A model generated the notes under the pieces. The model was not told where the DNA came from. It saw only the letters and a list, made by a program, of their open reading frames with translations, and ran no database searches. From Burkholderiales bacterium (GTDB taxonomy: Bacteria > Pseudomonadota > Gammaproteobacteria > Burkholderiales > Burkholderiaceae_C), in the NCBI GenBank assembly GCA_026932235.1, contig JAIXKR010000162.1, positions 115,356 through 179,355 of the forward strand: a stretch of 64,000 nt of DNA. Direction: 5' to 3'. Below, piece by piece: positions 46,731 to 58,043 of this stretch. Position 1 is the first letter of the stretch. Each line of letters starts with the position of its first letter. Both the position numbers and the translations under genes were made by a program.

Positions 46731-47570
46731 CTAGAATTCTAGGTTGTCGATCAAGCGAGTCTGTCCCAGCCGCGCCGCCGCGAGCACGACCAACGGCACT
46801 GAGGCACCCAGGTCGCCGGCCAAGGGTGGCAGCAGATCGTGCTGGCGCCGCACCGTGAGGTAGTCCGGCAGCCAACCTCCTTGGCGCAGTCGTTGCAGCG
46901 CCTGTGCCTCGAGCGCGTCGATGGCGACCACGCCCGCCGCCAGGCCGGCCCGCACTTCGCGCAGACACGCCGACAGTTGCACCGCCCGGGCTTGCTCGTC
47001 GCTGGACAGGTAGGCGTTGCGGCTCGACAGCGCCAGCCCGTTGTGCGAGCGCTCGGTTTCGCCGGCCACGATGGTGATCGGCATCGCGAACTGCTCGACC
47101 ATGCGACGCACGATCATCAGTTGCTGGTAGTCCTTTTTGCCGAACACCGCCACGCGGGGCTGCACGCATTGGAACAGCTTCGCCACCACCGTGCACACGC
47201 CCGTGAAGAAGCCAGGCCGGAATTGTCCTTCGAGGATGTCCGCAAGGTCTGGATCAGGCTGCATCGTGTAGCGCTGGGGCGTCGGGTACAGCTCGCGTTC
47301 GTCCGGAGCAAATACCACGTTGCAACCGACCTGGCGAAGCAGTTCGCAGTCGCGTTCCAGCGTGCGCGGATAGCGCTCGAAGTCCTCGTGCGGCGCGAAC
47401 TGCAGGCGGTTGACAAAGACGCTGACCACCACCGGCCCGCCCTGTCTCTTTGCCAGGCGCACCAAGGCCAGGTGGCCGTCGTGCAGATTGCCCATGGTGG
47501 GCACGAAGCTCGCGCCGGGTGTTCCGGCAAGGACCTCGCGCAGCGCGGCGATGGTGTGGACAACGTGCAT
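46731..47570 (-). CDS. panC: Pantoate-beta-alanine ligase
   Basis: [28 protein letters not shown] and RLIDN. Confidence 0.97.
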   Translation of the reverse strand: MHVVHTIAALREVLAGTPGASFVPTMGNLHDGHLALVRLAKRQGGPVVVSVFVNRLQFAPHEDFERYPRTLERDCELLRQVGCNVVFAPDERELYPTPQRYTMQPDPDLADILEGQFRPGFFTGVCTVVAKLFQCVQPRVAVFGKKDYQQLMIVRRMVEQFAMPITIVAGETERSHNGLALSSRNAYLSSDEQARAVQLSACLREVRAGLAAGVVAIDALEAQALQRLRQGGWLPDYLTVRRQHDLLPPLAGDLGASVPLVVLAAARLGQTRLIDNLEF

Positions 47571-47591
47571 GCTAGTGTCCGATGACAGCGT

Positions 47592-48431
47592 TCAATAGGT
47601 GTGCAACGTGGGATCTGGAAAGGTGCCCTGTTTCACCGCCTGGACATAGCGTCGCAGCCCATCACCGATGCCGCCGCCTTCGGCCATGAAGTTACGCACG
47701 AAACGCGGCATCTTGCCCTGCGTGACGCCCAGCATGTCGTGCAGCACCAGCACTTGGCCGGCGACGTCGGCCCCGGCCCCGATGCCGATGACGACCAGCT
47801 CCGGGTTCTGCGCCTGAACCCGCTGCGCCAGTGCGGCGGGCACGAGCTCCAACACCAGCATCGCGGCGCCGGCTTCTGCGAACTCGCGGGCGCGAAGTTC
47901 CAGCAGTTGGGCAGCGGCTTCGTCACGGCCCTGTACGCGGTAGCCTCCGAGCGCGTTCGCGCTCTGCGGTGTCAGGCCCAGGTGCGCACAGAGCGGGATC
48001 CCACGCGCGGCCAGGAAGCGCACGGTTTCCACTGCCCAACCGCCTTCGAGCTTGACCATCTGGGCGCCGGCCTGCAGCAGGACGGCGCTCGAGCGCAGCG
48101 CCTGCTCGGGGCTGGCTTCGTAGGTGCCGAAGGGCAGATCGCCCAGCAGCCAGGCATGGCGGTTGCCGGCGCAGACACAACGCAGATGGTAGGCCACCTC
48201 GTCCAGCGTGACTGGCACGGTGCTTGTGCGTCCCTGGACCACCATGCCCAGAGAATCGCCCACCAGCAGGCAGTCCACGCCGGCGTCGTCGGCCAGGCGT
48301 GCGAAGCTGGCGTCGTAGGCCGTCAGCATGGCGATCTTCTCGCCCTCGGCCAGCATGCGACGTAACCGGTGCAGGGTGACCGGCTTGCGCTCGCTCGGGG
48401 CGACCACGTTGGTCGTGGCGATAGAGATCAT
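47592..48431 (-). CDS. panB: 3-methyl-2-oxobutanoate hydroxymethyltransferase
   Basis: MLTAYD, LVGDSLG, VKLEGG, HLGLTPQ and GQVLV. Confidence 0.97.
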   Translation of the reverse strand: MISIATTNVVAPSERKPVTLHRLRRMLAEGEKIAMLTAYDASFARLADDAGVDCLLVGDSLGMVVQGRTSTVPVTLDEVAYHLRCVCAGNRHAWLLGDLPFGTYEASPEQALRSSAVLLQAGAQMVKLEGGWAVETVRFLAARGIPLCAHLGLTPQSANALGGYRVQGRDEAAAQLLELRAREFAEAGAAMLVLELVPAALAQRVQAQNPELVVIGIGAGADVAGQVLVLHDMLGVTQGKMPRFVRNFMAEGGGIGDGLRRYVQAVKQGTFPDPTLHTY

Positions 48432-48811
48432 GCGATGCCCTGCACCGGGATCAAGGAGCGGATCTCGCGGACGCGATTGCACTCGTCCACGAACACCAGC
48501 TCCGGATTGTGCTGCGCCAGTTCGGACTCGGCCACCCAGCCGAAGGCAGCGATGATGATCAGGTCGCCCAGCGCCGCGCGGCGCGCAGCCGAACCATTCA
48601 GCGAAATGACGCCGCTGCCGCGCTGCGCCCGGATGGCATAGGTGACGAAACGCTCGCCGTTGGCGATGTTCCAGATGTGAACCTGCTCGTTTTCGCGCAG
48701 ATCGGCGGCTTCCAGCAAGTCCTCGTCGATGGCGCACGAACCCTCGTAGTGCAGTTCGCAGGCGGTCACCGTCGCACGGTGGATCTTGGACTTCAACATC
48801 TGACGGTACAT
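48428..48811 (-). CDS. panD: Aspartate 1-decarboxylase
   Basis: [11 protein letters not shown]...YEGSCAID; NGERFVTY; NGSAAR. Confidence 0.97.
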   Translation of the reverse strand: MYRQMLKSKIHRATVTACELHYEGSCAIDEDLLEAADLRENEQVHIWNIANGERFVTYAIRAQRGSGVISLNGSAARRAALGDLIIIAAFGWVAESELAQHNPELVFVDECNRVREIRSLIPVQGIA

Positions 48812-48829
48812 GGTGATGTCTCCCGGCGC

Positions 48830-49840
48830 TCAGCGCGCCGTGATGCCCAGCGAGCCGAGCAGGCGCTGGTCGGCCGCCCAGTCCGGGTTGCCGGTGGTCA
48901 GCAGCTTGTCGCCGCAGAAGACCGAATTGGCGCCGGCCAGGAAGCAAAGCGCCTGCACCGCCTCGCCCATCTGCTGGCGCCCTGCCGACAGGCGCACACG
49001 CGCTTTGGGCATGGTGATGCGCGCCACGGCGATGGTGCGCACGAACTCGAACGGATCAAGCGCCTCGCTGCCGTGCAGCGGCGTGCCTTCGACCCGCACC
49101 AGCTGGTTGATGGGCACCGACTGCGGGTATGGGTCGAGATTGGCGATTTGCGCCACCAGACCGGCACGCTCGCGGCGCGACTCGCCCATGCCGACAATGC
49201 CGCCGCAGCAGACGTTGATGCCGGCGTCGCGCACGCGCTGCAGGGTCTGCAGCCGGTCGTCGTAGGTGCGTGTGGAGACGATGCGCCCGTAGGCCTCGGG
49301 CGCGGTGTCGAGGTTGTGGTTGTAGTAGTCCAGGCCGGCATCCTTGAGCGACCGCGCCTGCGTCTCGGTCAGCATGCCCAGGGTGCAGCAGGCCTCCAGT
49401 CCTTCGGCCTTGACCACGTGCACCAGCTCGACCACCTTCTCGATGTCGCGGTCCTTGGGCGCACGCCAGGCCGCACCCATGCAGAAGCGCGACGCGCCCT
49501 GCTCGCGCGCAGCGCGCGCGGCCGCGGCCACCGCCGCCGGCTCCAGGAGTTTGCTGGCCTCGACGCCGGTGTCGTAGTGCACCGACTGCGGACAGTAGCC
49601 GCAGTCTTCTTCGCAGCCGCCGGTCTTGATCGACAGCAGCGTCGAGAGCTGCACTTCGTTGGCGTCGAAGTGCTCGCGGTGGACTTGTTGGGCGCGGAAG
49701 ATCAAGTCGTTGAAGGGCAGCTCGAACAGCTCGGCTACGGCGTCGACCGGCCAACGCTGCAACCCTTCGGTGGCCCTCTGGCGCGGGACCTGGCGGAACA
49801 GCACGATCGGCTGGGAAACCGGGCTGGTGACGTCGGACAT
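48830..49840 (-). CDS. bioB: Biotin synthase
   Basis: [15 protein letters not shown] radical SAM motif, YNHNLDT and SVPIN. Confidence 0.97.
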   Translation of the reverse strand: MSDVTSPVSQPIVLFRQVPRQRATEGLQRWPVDAVAELFELPFNDLIFRAQQVHREHFDANEVQLSTLLSIKTGGCEEDCGYCPQSVHYDTGVEASKLLEPAAVAAAARAAREQGASRFCMGAAWRAPKDRDIEKVVELVHVVKAEGLEACCTLGMLTETQARSLKDAGLDYYNHNLDTAPEAYGRIVSTRTYDDRLQTLQRVRDAGINVCCGGIVGMGESRRERAGLVAQIANLDPYPQSVPINQLVRVEGTPLHGSEALDPFEFVRTIAVARITMPKARVRLSAGRQQMGEAVQALCFLAGANSVFCGDKLLTTGNPDWAADQRLLGSLGITAR

Positions 49841-50014
49841 GTTGAGACTGCTTCGGTTGGGTGAGATGGGGCTGGCTATGGGCACCACAGGTGGAGCATC
49901 AGGCAGCCACTGCGGACGGCGCCCGGACTTGGATCAAGGCCTCCTCGACGAGGCTTCGGACATCGGCCGCGGAGTGGCCGGCCGACCGGGAGATGCGCGC
50001 GCGGGCCATGACGA

Positions 50015-50803
50015 TCACGCGGCGCCAGGACGGATGTGCGCCGTCGCCTCGTCCTCCACCCGCTGCCAGATCTCGACGGCGATCGGGTTGTTGCTCTCCT
50101 CGAGGATGTGGCCGACCAGCCCGATGGCGCGCGCGAGCACGCCGATGCCGCGCACGATCTTCCACGGCAGACAGAGTTCGCAGCAGATGGCACCGATGGC
50201 ACCGGTCGCGTTGACCGGCAGCATCTTGCCTGACAGCCGCTCGGCCTCGGCGCAGATCAGCTGCTCGAGTTTGATGTAGTCGCCCGAGAACCCGTTCTCC
50301 GCGGCAATCTGGAACAGCCGAGGTGCGCGCGGGTCCACCGGCTTGTGCAGCGGATGGCCGAGGCCGGGCACGATGGCGCCGCGCGCGCGGAACCCGGCCA
50401 CCACATCGCGCGCGATCTGCTCCAGGTCGGCACCCTGCGTGCCCGGCGGGAGCGCCTCGTACAGCATTTTCGCGGTGCCTTCGGTGGAACCGACGAACAC
50501 CGTGCCCAGACCGCACAACCCGGCCGCGACGGCGGCTTGCAGCGATTCGGGCGCGCCGGCGTAGGTCAGCCGCGCCGCCAACGCGCTGGGCGTGATGCCG
50601 TGTTCGACGAGCGTGACGGCCACAGCGTTGAACAGCTTCGACTCCTGCGCGGTCGGCATCCGCCCCACGATCTGCAGGAAGGCCATATCGCCCAGGTTGA
50701 TGTGGCCCAGCAATTCGTCGGGCAGGCTCTTGCCGTGGACCTCGATTCGGTCGGGCGTACTCCATGCGATGTCGGAGCGGATGGGCTTGGTCTTGCGGGC
50801 CAT
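50015..50803 (-). CDS. Citryl-CoA lyase / citrate synthase-like protein
   Basis: EHGITPS, PGLGHPLHKPVDPR and PVNATGA. Confidence 0.85.
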   Translation of the reverse strand: MARKTKPIRSDIAWSTPDRIEVHGKSLPDELLGHINLGDMAFLQIVGRMPTAQESKLFNAVAVTLVEHGITPSALAARLTYAGAPESLQAAVAAGLCGLGTVFVGSTEGTAKMLYEALPPGTQGADLEQIARDVVAGFRARGAIVPGLGHPLHKPVDPRAPRLFQIAAENGFSGDYIKLEQLICAEAERLSGKMLPVNATGAIGAICCELCLPWKIVRGIGVLARAIGLVGHILEESNNPIAVEIWQRVEDEATAHIRPGAA

Positions 50804-50828
50804 GGAAGTCCCTTCGTTGCGTTGTGAT

Positions 50829-51665
50829 TCAGGCAGTGCCGCCGGCGCTGCGCAGGATGGCCAGGGCGCGCTCGTGCAGCGGCTTGTCGATCATCTGGCC
50901 GCCAATGGCCACGGCAGCCCCGCCGGCTGCCGCAAACGCCGCGCAGACGCGGCGCGCCCACGCCACGCGCTCTGCGTCGGGCATGAAGGCGGCCTGCACT
51001 GCTGCCACCTGTCTGGGGTGGATGCACAGCTTGGCGCCGAAACCCAGGCGCCGTGCGCGCTCGGCGTCGGCGCGCAGCCGCACCGCGTCGTCGATGGCGG
51101 TGCTGACGCCATCGGCCGGCGCGTCCAGCCCGCCCAGGCGCGAGGCCAGCACCACCTGCGAACGGAAGTACAGCAGTTCGTTTTCTGTGCCTTCGGGGTC
51201 GCAGTCGATGCCCAGGTCCAACGCCAGGTCGACGCTGCCGAAGACCAGCCGGACGACGCCCGGCACACGCGCAATGTGGCGCGCCTCCTCGACGCCGCGC
51301 GCCGATTCGATGATCGCCAGCACGTCCTTGAAGCAGGCCTCGAAGGCGCTGCAGACGGCGTCGATGCCATCGGCCTTGGGCAGCATCACGCCCGCCACGC
51401 CGGGGTGCCGGCACAGCTCGAGGTCGTCCTCGAACCACGGCGTGCCGGCGGCATTGATGCGCACCACCACTGGCGCGGACTCGTCCAGCGCATCGGCCAG
51501 GGCGTCGCGCGCGCCGGCTTTCGCTGCGGGCGCCACTGCATCCTCGAGATCGACGATCACCGCGTCGGCCCCCGAGGCGCGCGCCTTGGCGTAGCGCTCG
51601 GGCCGGTCGGCGGGAACGAACAGGTAGGCGCGTGGCGACGCGCCGGCGGCGAGGGCGGCGCTCAT
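50829..51665 (-). CDS. CitE-family CoA ester lyase (citramalyl-CoA lyase-like)
   Basis: LFVPADRPER, DLEDAV, IESARG, FGSVD and KLCIHP. Confidence 0.88.
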   Translation of the reverse strand: MSAALAAGASPRAYLFVPADRPERYAKARASGADAVIVDLEDAVAPAAKAGARDALADALDESAPVVVRINAAGTPWFEDDLELCRHPGVAGVMLPKADGIDAVCSAFEACFKDVLAIIESARGVEEARHIARVPGVVRLVFGSVDLALDLGIDCDPEGTENELLYFRSQVVLASRLGGLDAPADGVSTAIDDAVRLRADAERARRLGFGAKLCIHPRQVAAVQAAFMPDAERVAWARRVCAAFAAAGGAAVAIGGQMIDKPLHERALAILRSAGGTA

Positions 51666-53026
51666 GCCGGCAGCCAGCGGCCCACGCGGGGCGCGTCAGC
51701 CACGCCCCAGGTGCGGGCGATCAGCGCGTCCATTTCGGCCGGCGTTGCCGCGCCGCCGTAGGCGGCCAGACGCCGCGCCTTGTCCTCGAGCTCGGGGCGG
51801 CTGAGGGTGTTGCCCGGGTCGCCCTTGGGCTCGTCGACCCGCGCCTGCAGCGTGCGCCCGTCCTGCGTGCGGACGATGACCTTGCCGATCCAGCGCTGCG
51901 GATAGGCCGTGTCGACCTCGGTGTCGAGCTGCATCGTGACCTTGTCGCGGAAGGCGGCGATGCGGGGCGCCAGGAAGTGGCGGTCGAATTCGTCCAGGCC
52001 CGCATAACCATGTTCGGCCACCAGGGCGAGCACCGTGCCCATCGAGAACTTGGCCTGGTGCACCGTGCCGGGCACGACGACGCGGCCGAGCACGTCGATG
52101 GCGCCCTGGTGCACCTGCGCGGTGACGGCGGCGATGTCGTCGGGCTGCAGCCGGTGCTCGCGCATCAGCAGCAGCAGCGCATCGGCGCTGGGGTGGGTGT
52201 GGCGACACGAGGCGTGGTACTTGAACGAAGTCTCGGCCGTCGCCCAGCGACTGCCCAGCCCGGCGGTCAGGCGCGCAGGGTCGGCATCGCTCGACATGCC
52301 GGCAGCCAGGCCCTGCGCGCCTTCAAGGACTTGGCGCGCGCCGGTGAAACCGGCCTGTGCCAGGTAGGCCGAGGCCAGCCCGGCCGATGCGGCATGGGCG
52401 CAGTGCAGTTGCTTGGAATCGGCGGCATCGCGCAGGAATTCCCAAAGCCCGGCCGCCTGCGTGCCGGCGCTGCCGAAGGCGTGCAGCATCTGCGCCGCGT
52501 CCAGCCGCAGCAGCCGCCCGGTGGCGGCCGCGGCGGCCAGCGTGCCCGCCGTGGCGGTCGTGTGGAAGATGCGGTAGTGCGAACGGCCGAGGAATTCGCC
52601 GACGCGGATGCCGACCTCGTAGCCCGCCACCACCGCGGCCAGGAACTCGCGCCCGCTGGCACCGATGGCCTGCGCCACCGCCAGCGCCGGCGGGAAGACC
52701 ACCGCCGCGGGGTGGAACACCGAGCCGTTGTGCACGTCGTCCTGCTCGACCACATGCGAGGCCGCGGCGTTGACCATGGCGGCGAAATGCGGCGAGGTCA
52801 TTCGCCGCGTGATCAGCACTTCAGCGCTGCCGTCGGCCGGCCCCATGCTCAACGCATAGGCCTCGATGGCCTGCACCGCGCGCGCGCTCTTTCCGGCCAG
52901 CGTGGAGCCGGCCCAGTCCAGGAACAGGTCTTCGGTGCGCCGCAGCACCGGCGCCGGAATGCTGTCGAACCGCAGGCCGGCGGCGAAGGCGGCCAGTGTG
53001 GCGCTGGGCGTGTCTTGTGTGCTCAT
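51662..53026 (-). CDS. MmgE/PrpD-family protein
   Basis: SHVVEQDDVH, FHP, KQLH, KYHASCRHTH and PKGDP. Confidence 0.9.
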   Translation of the reverse strand: MSTQDTPSATLAAFAAGLRFDSIPAPVLRRTEDLFLDWAGSTLAGKSARAVQAIEAYALSMGPADGSAEVLITRRMTSPHFAAMVNAAASHVVEQDDVHNGSVFHPAAVVFPPALAVAQAIGASGREFLAAVVAGYEVGIRVGEFLGRSHYRIFHTTATAGTLAAAAATGRLLRLDAAQMLHAFGSAGTQAAGLWEFLRDAADSKQLHCAHAASAGLASAYLAQAGFTGARQVLEGAQGLAAGMSSDADPARLTAGLGSRWATAETSFKYHASCRHTHPSADALLLLMREHRLQPDDIAAVTAQVHQGAIDVLGRVVVPGTVHQAKFSMGTVLALVAEHGYAGLDEFDRHFLAPRIAAFRDKVTMQLDTEVDTAYPQRWIGKVIVRTQDGRTLQARVDEPKGDPGNTLSRPELEDKARRLAAYGGAATPAEMDALIARTWGVADAPRVGRWLPA

Positions 53027-53042
53027 GAACAGCCCTTCATGC

Positions 53043-54224
53043 TCAGACCGCGCGCTCGGCATGGAGGCGCGCGATGTCGGCCGCGCCGTAGCCCAGTTCG
53101 GCCAGGATGGCATCGGTGTGCTGGCCCAGGGCCGGCACCGGGCCCATCGTCGGCGGCTCCTGTCCCGAGAGGTGGTGCGGCGGCAAAAGCGCCGGCACCG
53201 GCCCGCCCGGCGTGCCGATTTCGGCCCAGCGCTGGCGCGCCTGCAGTTGCGGATGCTTCCACAGGTCGGCCATCTCGTTGAGCTGGGCGTTGGCGATCTG
53301 CGCATCTTCCAGGCGCTCGATCAACTGCGCCGCCGTCAGCTTGGACAGTACGGCGTCGATGATGCCGAACAGCTTGTCCTTCTGCGCCAGGCGGTTGGCG
53401 TTGCCCAGGTACTGCCTGGCCAGCGCCGGCTGCAGCAGCACCTTGTCGCAGAAGGCCGTCCACTCGCGGTCGTGCTGCACGCCCAGCACCACCGACTTGC
53501 CGTCACCGCAGGTGAAGGGGCCGTAGGGGTAGATGGCGGCATGCGAGGCACCGGCGCGCACCGGCGGCGGCTGGCCTTCGAAGGTGTAGAAGAGCGGGTA
53601 GCCCATCCATTCCGACATCGCCTCGAGCATCGAGATCTCGAGCCGCTGGCCGCGGCCGGTGCGCCCACGCTCCAGCAGCGCGGCCAGCACGCTGCTGTAG
53701 GCGTACATGCCGGCGGCGATGTCGGCGATCGACAGCCCGGCCTTGGATGGATGCTCGGGCGTGCCGGTCACCGAGACGAAGCCCGATTCGCTCTGGATCA
53801 GCAGGTCGTAGGCCTTCTTCTCGGTGTACGGGCCGCCGTCGCCGTATCCGGAGATGTCGCACACCACGATGCGCGGGTTGATGGGCGCGAGGCTGGCATG
53901 GTCCAGGCCCATGCGTGCGGCCGCACCGGGCGCGAGGTTCTGCACCAGCACGTCGGCGCGCTCCACCAGCTTCTGCAGCACCGCCCGCGCGCCGGGGTTC
54001 TTCAAGTCCAGCGTCAGGCTTTCCTTGCCGCGGTTGCACCAGACGAAGTGCGAGGCCGAGCCGCGTGTGCGCGTGTCGTAGGCACGGGCGAAGTCGCCCT
54101 CGCGGGGGCGTTCGACCTTGATGACGCGTGCGCCCAGGTCGGCCAGCTGCCGGGTGCAGAACGGCGCCGCGATGGCGTGTTCCAGCGTGACAACCAGCAT
54201 GCCTTGCAAGGGAAGCATCGCCAT
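53043..54224 (-). CDS. CaiB/BaiF family III CoA transferase
   Basis: AAPFCTRQLADLGARVIKVE, NRGKES, KAYD and SIADIAAG. Confidence 0.92.
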   Translation of the reverse strand: MAMLPLQGMLVVTLEHAIAAPFCTRQLADLGARVIKVERPREGDFARAYDTRTRGSASHFVWCNRGKESLTLDLKNPGARAVLQKLVERADVLVQNLAPGAAARMGLDHASLAPINPRIVVCDISGYGDGGPYTEKKAYDLLIQSESGFVSVTGTPEHPSKAGLSIADIAAGMYAYSSVLAALLERGRTGRGQRLEISMLEAMSEWMGYPLFYTFEGQPPPVRAGASHAAIYPYGPFTCGDGKSVVLGVQHDREWTAFCDKVLLQPALARQYLGNANRLAQKDKLFGIIDAVLSKLTAAQLIERLEDAQIANAQLNEMADLWKHPQLQARQRWAEIGTPGGPVPALLPPHHLSGQEPPTMGPVPALGQHTDAILAELGYGAADIARLHAERAV

Positions 54225-54227
54225 CCT

Positions 54228-55394
54228 TCAGAATGAACGCGGCAGGCCGAGCACATGCTCGGCCACGTAGGACAGGATCAGGTTGGTCGAGATCGGCGCC
54301 ACTTGGTACAGCCGCGTCTCGCGGAACTTGCGCTCGATGTCGTATTCGCAGGCAAAGCCGAACCCGCCGTGGGTCTGGATCGCCGCATTGGCGGCTTCCC
54401 AGGAGGCCTTGGCCGCCAGATACTTGGCCATGTTGGCCTCGGCGCCGCAGGCTTCGTGGGCGTCGAACAGGTCGCAGGCGCGCCATCGCATCAGGTCGGC
54501 GGCTTCCAGCTCGACGTGGCTTTCGGCGATCGGAAACTGCACCGCCTGGTTCTGTCCGATGGGGCGATCGAACACACGCCGATCACGGGCGTAGGCCGCG
54601 CTGCGCTTGACGAACCAGCGCCCGTCGCCGATGCATTCGGCGGCGATCAGCGTGCGCTCGGCGTTCAGGCCGTCGAGGATGTACTTGAAGCCCTTGCCTT
54701 CCTCGCCGATCAGGTTCTCGGCCGGGATCTCCAGGTTCTCGAAGAACAGCTCGTTGGTCTCGTGGTTGACCATGTTGCGGATCGGGCGCACGGTCAGCCC
54801 GTTTCCGATCGCCTGATGCAGATCGACGATGAAGATCGACATGCCCTCGGACTTGCGCTTGACCTCGGCCAGGGGCGTGGTACGCGCCAGCAGAATCATC
54901 AGGTCGCTGTGCTGGACGCGCGAGATCCACACCTTCTGGCCGTTGACGACGTAGCGGTCGCCGCTGGCGCTGCGCAGCGCGGTGGTCTTGAGCTTGGTGG
55001 TATCGGTGCCAGCGGTCGGCTCGGTCACGCCCATCGACTGCAGGCGCAACTCGCCAGTGGCGATCTTCGGCAGGTAGCGGCGCTTCTGCTCGGCCGAGCC
55101 ATGGCGCAACAAGGTGCCCATGTTGTACATCTGGCCGTGGCAGGCTCCGGCGTTGCCACCGTTGCGGTTGACCTCTTCCATCACCACCGAGGCCTCGGCC
55201 AGGCCGAGGCCGGCGCCGCCGTATTCCTCGGGGATCATCACCGCCAGCCAACCGGCCTGGGTCAGGGCATCGACGAAGGCCTCGGGGTAGCCACGCGCGT
55301 CGTCGATGCCGCGGAAGTACTCGTCGGGGAAACGGCTGCACAGCTCGCGCAGGGCCGCTCGCAGTTCAGGATGGCGTTCGCGGGCTTCGGACAT
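54228..55394 (-). CDS. Acyl-CoA dehydrogenase (methylsuccinyl-CoA dehydrogenase-like)
   Basis: VTEPTAGTD, NGQKVWIS, LNAER and QTHGGFGF...YQVAPISTN. Confidence 0.9.
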   Translation of the reverse strand: MSEARERHPELRAALRELCSRFPDEYFRGIDDARGYPEAFVDALTQAGWLAVMIPEEYGGAGLGLAEASVVMEEVNRNGGNAGACHGQMYNMGTLLRHGSAEQKRRYLPKIATGELRLQSMGVTEPTAGTDTTKLKTTALRSASGDRYVVNGQKVWISRVQHSDLMILLARTTPLAEVKRKSEGMSIFIVDLHQAIGNGLTVRPIRNMVNHETNELFFENLEIPAENLIGEEGKGFKYILDGLNAERTLIAAECIGDGRWFVKRSAAYARDRRVFDRPIGQNQAVQFPIAESHVELEAADLMRWRACDLFDAHEACGAEANMAKYLAAKASWEAANAAIQTHGGFGFACEYDIERKFRETRLYQVAPISTNLILSYVAEHVLGLPRSF

Positions 55395-55434
55395 GGGGAT
55401 GGGCGCAGGGCTGGAGGGACCGCGACTATTCTAC

Positions 55435-55448
55435 CGAACATACGTTAG
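55435..55448. promoter_or_regulatory. Candidate TetR operator (imperfect copy)
   Basis: CGAACATACGTTAG upstream of the acyl-CoA dehydrogenase operon. Confidence 0.55.
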
Positions 55449-55507
55449 GTAGTGAAGAAGGGCGGCGCCGACAAGGTGCTGTCGGTCGCCGCCAGCGGCC
55501 GGCAGAT

Positions 55508-56449
55508 CTACAGCGCCGACACGAGTTCGGGCACGGCCTGGAACAGGTCAGCCACCAGCCCGTAGTCGGCGACCTGGAAGATCGGCGCCTCGGCGTCCTT
55601 GTTGATGGCCACGATGACCTTGCTGTCCTTCATGCCCGCCAGGTGCTGGATGGCGCCGGAGATGCCGACCGCGACATACAACTGCGGCGCCACGATCTTG
55701 CCGGTCTGCCCGACCTGGTAGTCGTTCGGGGCATAGCCGGCGTCGACCGCGGCGCGCGAGGCGCCGAGCGCCGCGCCCAGCTTGTCGGCCAACGGCTCGA
55801 GCACGCCGTGGAACTTGTCGGCCGCACCGAGGCCGCGGCCGCCCGAGACGATGATGGATGCGGCCGTCAGTTCCGGCCGCTCCAACTTCACCACCTCGCG
55901 CCCGACCAGCTGCGTCAGGCCCAGGTCGGCAGCCGCCGCGATGCTTTCCACCGCCGCCGAGCCGCCGCTGGCCGCCACCGGGTCGAAGGCCGTGGTACGG
56001 ATGCTCAGCACCTTGACCTTGTCCTTGGACTGCACACGGGCGACGGCGTTGCCGGCGTAGAACGGGCGCTGGAAGGTGTCGGGCGACTCGACCGCCGTCA
56101 CATCGGACAGCTGCGAGCTGTCGAGCAGCGCGGCCACGCGCGGCAGCACGTTCTTGCCGAAGGCCGTGGCCGGAGTCAGCACGTGCGTGCACGAGGCGTC
56201 GGCGCGCACCTGCCGGACCACCAGCGCGGCGAGGTTCTCGGCCAGTTGGGCGCCGTAGTGGGCGGCGTCGGCCACCAGCACCTTGGCGACGCCGGCCACC
56301 GCCGCGGCGGCCTGGCCCGCGGCGGCGCAGCCGCTTCCGGCCACCAGCACGTGCACCGGAGCGCCGATTTTCACGGCGGCGGCGATGGTGTTGAGCGTGG
56401 CGGGCTTGATCGCCGCGCCGTCGTGTTCAGCAATGATCAGGGTCGTCAT
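55508..56449 (-). CDS. etfA: Electron transfer flavoprotein alpha subunit
   Basis: [20 protein letters not shown] and GISGAIQH. Confidence 0.96.
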   Translation of the reverse strand: MTTLIIAEHDGAAIKPATLNTIAAAVKIGAPVHVLVAGSGCAAAGQAAAAVAGVAKVLVADAAHYGAQLAENLAALVVRQVRADASCTHVLTPATAFGKNVLPRVAALLDSSQLSDVTAVESPDTFQRPFYAGNAVARVQSKDKVKVLSIRTTAFDPVAASGGSAAVESIAAAADLGLTQLVGREVVKLERPELTAASIIVSGGRGLGAADKFHGVLEPLADKLGAALGASRAAVDAGYAPNDYQVGQTGKIVAPQLYVAVGISGAIQHLAGMKDSKVIVAINKDAEAPIFQVADYGLVADLFQAVPELVSAL

Positions 56450-57198
56450 CAGATCACCTTCGCTTCTTCTTTGAGTCGCTTGACGAGATCGGCCACATCG
56501 GCCACCTTGATGCCGGCCTTGCGCGCTGCCGGTTCGTCCACGCGCAGCGTGGCGGTGCGCGGCGCCAGATCCAGGCCCAGGTCGGCCGCCTTGATCACCT
56601 CGAGCGGCTTCTTCTTGGCCTTCATGATGTTGGGCAGCGTGATGAAGCGCGGCTCATTCAGGCGCAGGTCGGTCGTGATGACCACCGGCAGATTCATCTG
56701 CAGCGTCTCCAGCCCGCCGTCGATCTCGCGGCTGATGGTCGCTGCGCCGCCCTCGATCTTCACCTTCGAGGCGAAGGTGGCCTGGGCCCAGCCCATCAGC
56801 GCGCCGAACATCTGACCGGTCTGCCCGGCGTCGTCGTCGATCGCCTGCTTGCCGAAGATGGCAATCTGTATGCCTTCCTTGGCGGCCACGTGCTGCATCA
56901 GCTTGGCCACGGCCAGCGGCTCGAGCACGTCGTTGGTCTCGACCAGAACGCCGCGGTCGGCGCCGATGGCCATGGCGCTGCGCAGCGTCTCCTGGCAGCC
57001 CGCCGGGCCGCAGGAGACGGCGATGATCTCGGTGGCCACACCGGCCTCCTTCAGCCGCACCGCCTCTTCGCAGGCGATCTCGTCGAAGGGATTCATCGAC
57101 AGCTTCTGGTTCGCGAGATCGACTCCCGAACCGTCGGACTTCACGCGGGCCTTGACGTTGTAGTCGAGCACCCGCTTCACGGCGACAAGTACTTTCAC
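56449..57198 (-). CDS. etfB: Electron transfer flavoprotein beta subunit
   Basis: [21 protein letters not shown] and DLRLNEPR; GTG start after GGAG. Confidence 0.96.
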   Translation of the reverse strand: MKVLVAVKRVLDYNVKARVKSDGSGVDLANQKLSMNPFDEIACEEAVRLKEAGVATEIIAVSCGPAGCQETLRSAMAIGADRGVLVETNDVLEPLAVAKLMQHVAAKEGIQIAIFGKQAIDDDAGQTGQMFGALMGWAQATFASKVKIEGGAATISREIDGGLETLQMNLPVVITTDLRLNEPRFITLPNIMKAKKKPLEVIKAADLGLDLAPRTATLRVDEPAARKAGIKVADVADLVKRLKEEAKVI

Positions 57199-57318
57199 TT
57201 TTTCTCCATCGGTGTTACATGCCAATCCTTCGAAGCCGAAGCAGGCTGCGGCTTCCGCCATTCCCATCTCCACTCCCTGTACATCGCGCGCAGCAGTTCT
57301 TGGTGCTTGCGCTCGCGT

Positions 57319-57957
57319 TCATGCCGGGGTCTGCACGCTCTCGAGTCCAATGCCCTGGGGCACGACCGAGCCCAGTCGCTCGGCCAGGCGCGGAAACAGC
57401 AAGTGAAACATGCGCTGCGCCAGCAGTTCCACGCCCACGCGACGGTCCGGCCGATACCATTGACCCGTCCAGTTGAGCGCGCCCAGCACCGTCTGGCGCA
57501 CGAGGAGCGTATCGGCGTCCACCAGACCCAGCGCAGCAGCCTCGTCGATCGGCGCCATCCACAGCTCCTCGTAGGCGTCGCGCGAGGTCAGCACGCGTGC
57601 CCGTGCCGGCTCCGACAGGCTGCGCCATTCGTAAAGCATCACGGTCATCGCGTCCAGTTTCGGCCCAAGCAGGGCGGTCAGATGGCAGCGCACCATCGCC
57701 AGCATGCGTTCGGGCAGGCACGATTCGCCAGCCAGGCCCTTCTGCACCCCGCGCATGATGTCTCGCACGCCCTCTTCCATCACGGTGACCAGCAACTCCT
57801 CCTTGGTGGCGAAGTGATAGAAGAGCGAGCCCGAGGTCATGCCCAGGGCCTCGGCGATCTGCCGCACCGAGGTACGTTCGTAGCCGTGCTCGCGAAAGAG
57901 CTTCGCCGCGGTTCTCAGGATCAGGCCTCTCCGGCTTGTGTCGTCCGCGTCGTCCAT
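57319..57957 (-). CDS. TetR-family regulator (AtuR-like)
   Basis: AAKLFREHGYERTSVRQIA...GSLFYHFATKEELL; GALNWTGQWY. Confidence 0.92.
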   Translation of the reverse strand: MDDADDTSRRGLILRTAAKLFREHGYERTSVRQIAEALGMTSGSLFYHFATKEELLVTVMEEGVRDIMRGVQKGLAGESCLPERMLAMVRCHLTALLGPKLDAMTVMLYEWRSLSEPARARVLTSRDAYEELWMAPIDEAAALGLVDADTLLVRQTVLGALNWTGQWYRPDRRVGVELLAQRMFHLLFPRLAERLGSVVPQGIGLESVQTPA

Positions 57958-57974
57958 GCCCTATACTCTAACAG

Positions 57975-57988
57975 CTAACAAGCGTTAG
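57975..57988. promoter_or_regulatory. Candidate TetR operator CTAAC-N4-GTTAG
   Basis: CTAACAAGCGTTAG in the divergent promoter region. Confidence 0.75.
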
Positions 57989-58043
57989 GTCGATGCGCCG
58001 CCGGCGCTGCATGTGCGACGCCAACGACAAAGGAACCGCTGCG